A DNA stretch of 25,737 nt from a virus, in IMG/VR virus record IMGVR_UViG_3300029893_000066, positions 1 to 25,737 of that record; one strand, given 5' to 3'. The notes under the pieces are model-generated. The model was not told where the DNA came from and ran no database searches. It saw nothing but the letters and a program-made list of their open reading frames with translations. Below, piece after piece: positions 24,446 through 25,737 of this stretch. The translations under genes and the position numbers were made by a program. Positions within the stretch are counted from its first letter, which is position 1. Each line of letters opens with the position of its first letter.

Positions 24446-25345
24446 CTAGGCGTCGTCCGGGTGCCGCTCGCCCAGGAAGATGGGGAAACGCGGAGCCTCC
24501 TTGGAGCCGATCGGGAAGAACTTGAACTTCACGAGGCGGCCGGCCCAGTGCTCGCGGCCCGCCCATATGATGGCCCTCGTCGCGGCGTCGAAGCCGGACC
24601 CAATGTTGAAGCGCACGCCATCCCACCGGCCGCCGCGGCCGACTACACGCAGGGCGCCTAGCGTGCCCATGCCCACCATGCCGTCCTTGGAGTGACCGCG
24701 CTCCGTCAGCCCCAGCGCGCTGGTGGATGCCTCGTTGGAGTTGTGCAGGAGCTCCTCGAACCCCTCGACTACCGCCTCGGCGTCCTCGAACTGCTTGAGC
24801 TTCATGAGGTCCTGCTTGGAGAGCGTACCCCGGCCGTTCTTGTAGGGCGAGGTCGCGTCCCGCAGCATGACGCCCTCATAGCCCAGGGCCAGCTGCGCGG
24901 CCTCGTAGGCGTTGACCTCCTCGACCGACGTCACGACGGTCTGCTCGACGATCAGGCTGCGCCCGGAGCCGGTCACGATGTCGCGGGCCATGCCGAGGCG
25001 CTCGTGGTACGGCCTGCCGGGCTCGCGGCAGCAGTCGAAGACGTGGAAGAAGACGTCGGGCTCCCCGTCGCGGCTCATCACGCCGGAGGTGGTGCCGAGG
25101 AAGGCGCGCGGGCCCGTCGGGTCGCCCACCAGGAGCTCGCCATCCAGGCCCTCGAGCCAGTCCTTGCCGAAGATGGCCTGCACCCGCCGGTTGGGGATGG
25201 GCTTGAGGTTGCGGGACACGACGACCCCGTCGCGCACGATGGCGCGGATGCCGTCGAGCTTGGGGCTCGCCAGTAGGGGCCAGCGCAGGGCGGCGACGTC
25301 GGCCACGGTTGCGGCAAGCATGGGGCGGAAGGCTTTCTCAGTCAT
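24446..25345 (-). CDS. lig: ATP-dependent DNA ligase (minimal, 299 aa)
   Basis: Nucleotidyltransferase motifs in order: I SPKLDGIR, III LDGEL, IIIa FHVFD, IV EGVMLR, V LMKLK, VI PRFPIFLGER; also PMLA and IGSGF. Confidence 0.95.
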   Translation of the reverse strand: MTEKAFRPMLAATVADVAALRWPLLASPKLDGIRAIVRDGVVVSRNLKPIPNRRVQAIFGKDWLEGLDGELLVGDPTGPRAFLGTTSGVMSRDGEPDVFFHVFDCCREPGRPYHERLGMARDIVTGSGRSLIVEQTVVTSVEEVNAYEAAQLALGYEGVMLRDATSPYKNGRGTLSKQDLMKLKQFEDAEAVVEGFEELLHNSNEASTSALGLTERGHSKDGMVGMGTLGALRVVGRGGRWDGVRFNIGSGFDAATRAIIWAGREHWAGRLVKFKFFPIGSKEAPRFPIFLGERHPDDA

Positions 25346-25712
25346 GAGCAGGCGCTCCGTACGTATGGAGAGGGTTCAGGTTGTCCGCCCACGAAGGCCA
25401 GTCACGGAGCGGGCGACGCACCAGACGAGCCTCGCCGCCCTCGAGATGGAGGTACTCGGTCACGAAGACGCTCGGCTCGGCGGGCGTGCCGCCAAGCAGC
25501 TCCTGCAGGACGTCGAGCGCGACGCCGGCCTCGCTGGAGGAGGCCTCGCCCATGTGCTCCATGCCCTGCAGGCGCTCGACGGCACGCATCAGCGCCCTCG
25601 CCTGCAGGTCGCGGCGCATCACGTGCTCGCGCAGGACGTCCAGGATGGCGTCGTCGAACGGCGAGGGGTCGAGGTCCCGCCCGTTCTCGGCCTCCGAGCG
25701 GAGGCGCTCCAT
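25338..25712 (-). CDS. Hypothetical protein (124 aa)
   Basis: GAGGAGG RBS, GC3-biased codons, 8-nt overlap with the ligase start. Confidence 0.7.
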   Translation of the reverse strand: MERLRSEAENGRDLDPSPFDDAILDVLREHVMRRDLQARALMRAVERLQGMEHMGEASSSEAGVALDVLQELLGGTPAEPSVFVTEYLHLEGGEARLVRRPLRDWPSWADNLNPLHTYGAPAHD

Positions 25713-25737
25713 GGTGGCCTCCTCGTCCCCGCCGGCG

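Noticed and set aside
17664..25276. Plus-strand ORFs such as 20427..22415 (662 aa), 22711..23577 and 18330..19223
   Set aside because: Lie wholly opposite well-supported MuF, portal, scaffold and ligase genes; expected in high-GC DNA.
1..25737. tRNA, rRNA, integrase, transposase, reverse transcriptase/DGR, introns or inteins
   Set aside because: No supporting motifs seen by eye; both endonuclease genes are free-standing between intact genes. tRNAscan-SE and Infernal were not run.

Overview
The whole window is the morphogenesis region of a high-GC tailed dsDNA phage with a siphovirus-type tail, read almost entirely on the minus strand. From right to left: hypothetical, ATP-dependent DNA ligase, portal, HNH-like endonuclease, a 1194-aa MuF/SPP1-gp7 head protein, a small acidic ORF, and scaffold. 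A ~2-kb non-structural island follows (plus-strand HNH-like gene, bidirectional terminator, plus-strand small-domain gene(s), AT-rich repeat tract). Then come major capsid, head-tail joining genes, tail tube, a tail chaperone pair joined by a -1 frameshift, tape measure, two paralogous virion proteins, tail tip genes and a truncated central tail protein. Gene order and protein styles resemble YuA/M6/PaMx11-like phages (Mesyanzhinovviridae) of Pseudomonas/Xanthomonadales; this is pattern recognition, not a database result. Most notable: (1) the MuF protein is a polyvalent effector carrying repeated HTH-like modules, an HExxH zincin and a C-terminal R-S-E ADP-ribosyltransferase, followed by a candidate immunity gene; (2) an apparent RNA-level control layer on the head genes, with a long hairpin burying the portal Shine-Dalgarno and paired GNGAY-loop hairpins shared by the scaffold and capsid leaders; (3) the island that splits scaffold from capsid and carries an origin/pac-like repeat tract.
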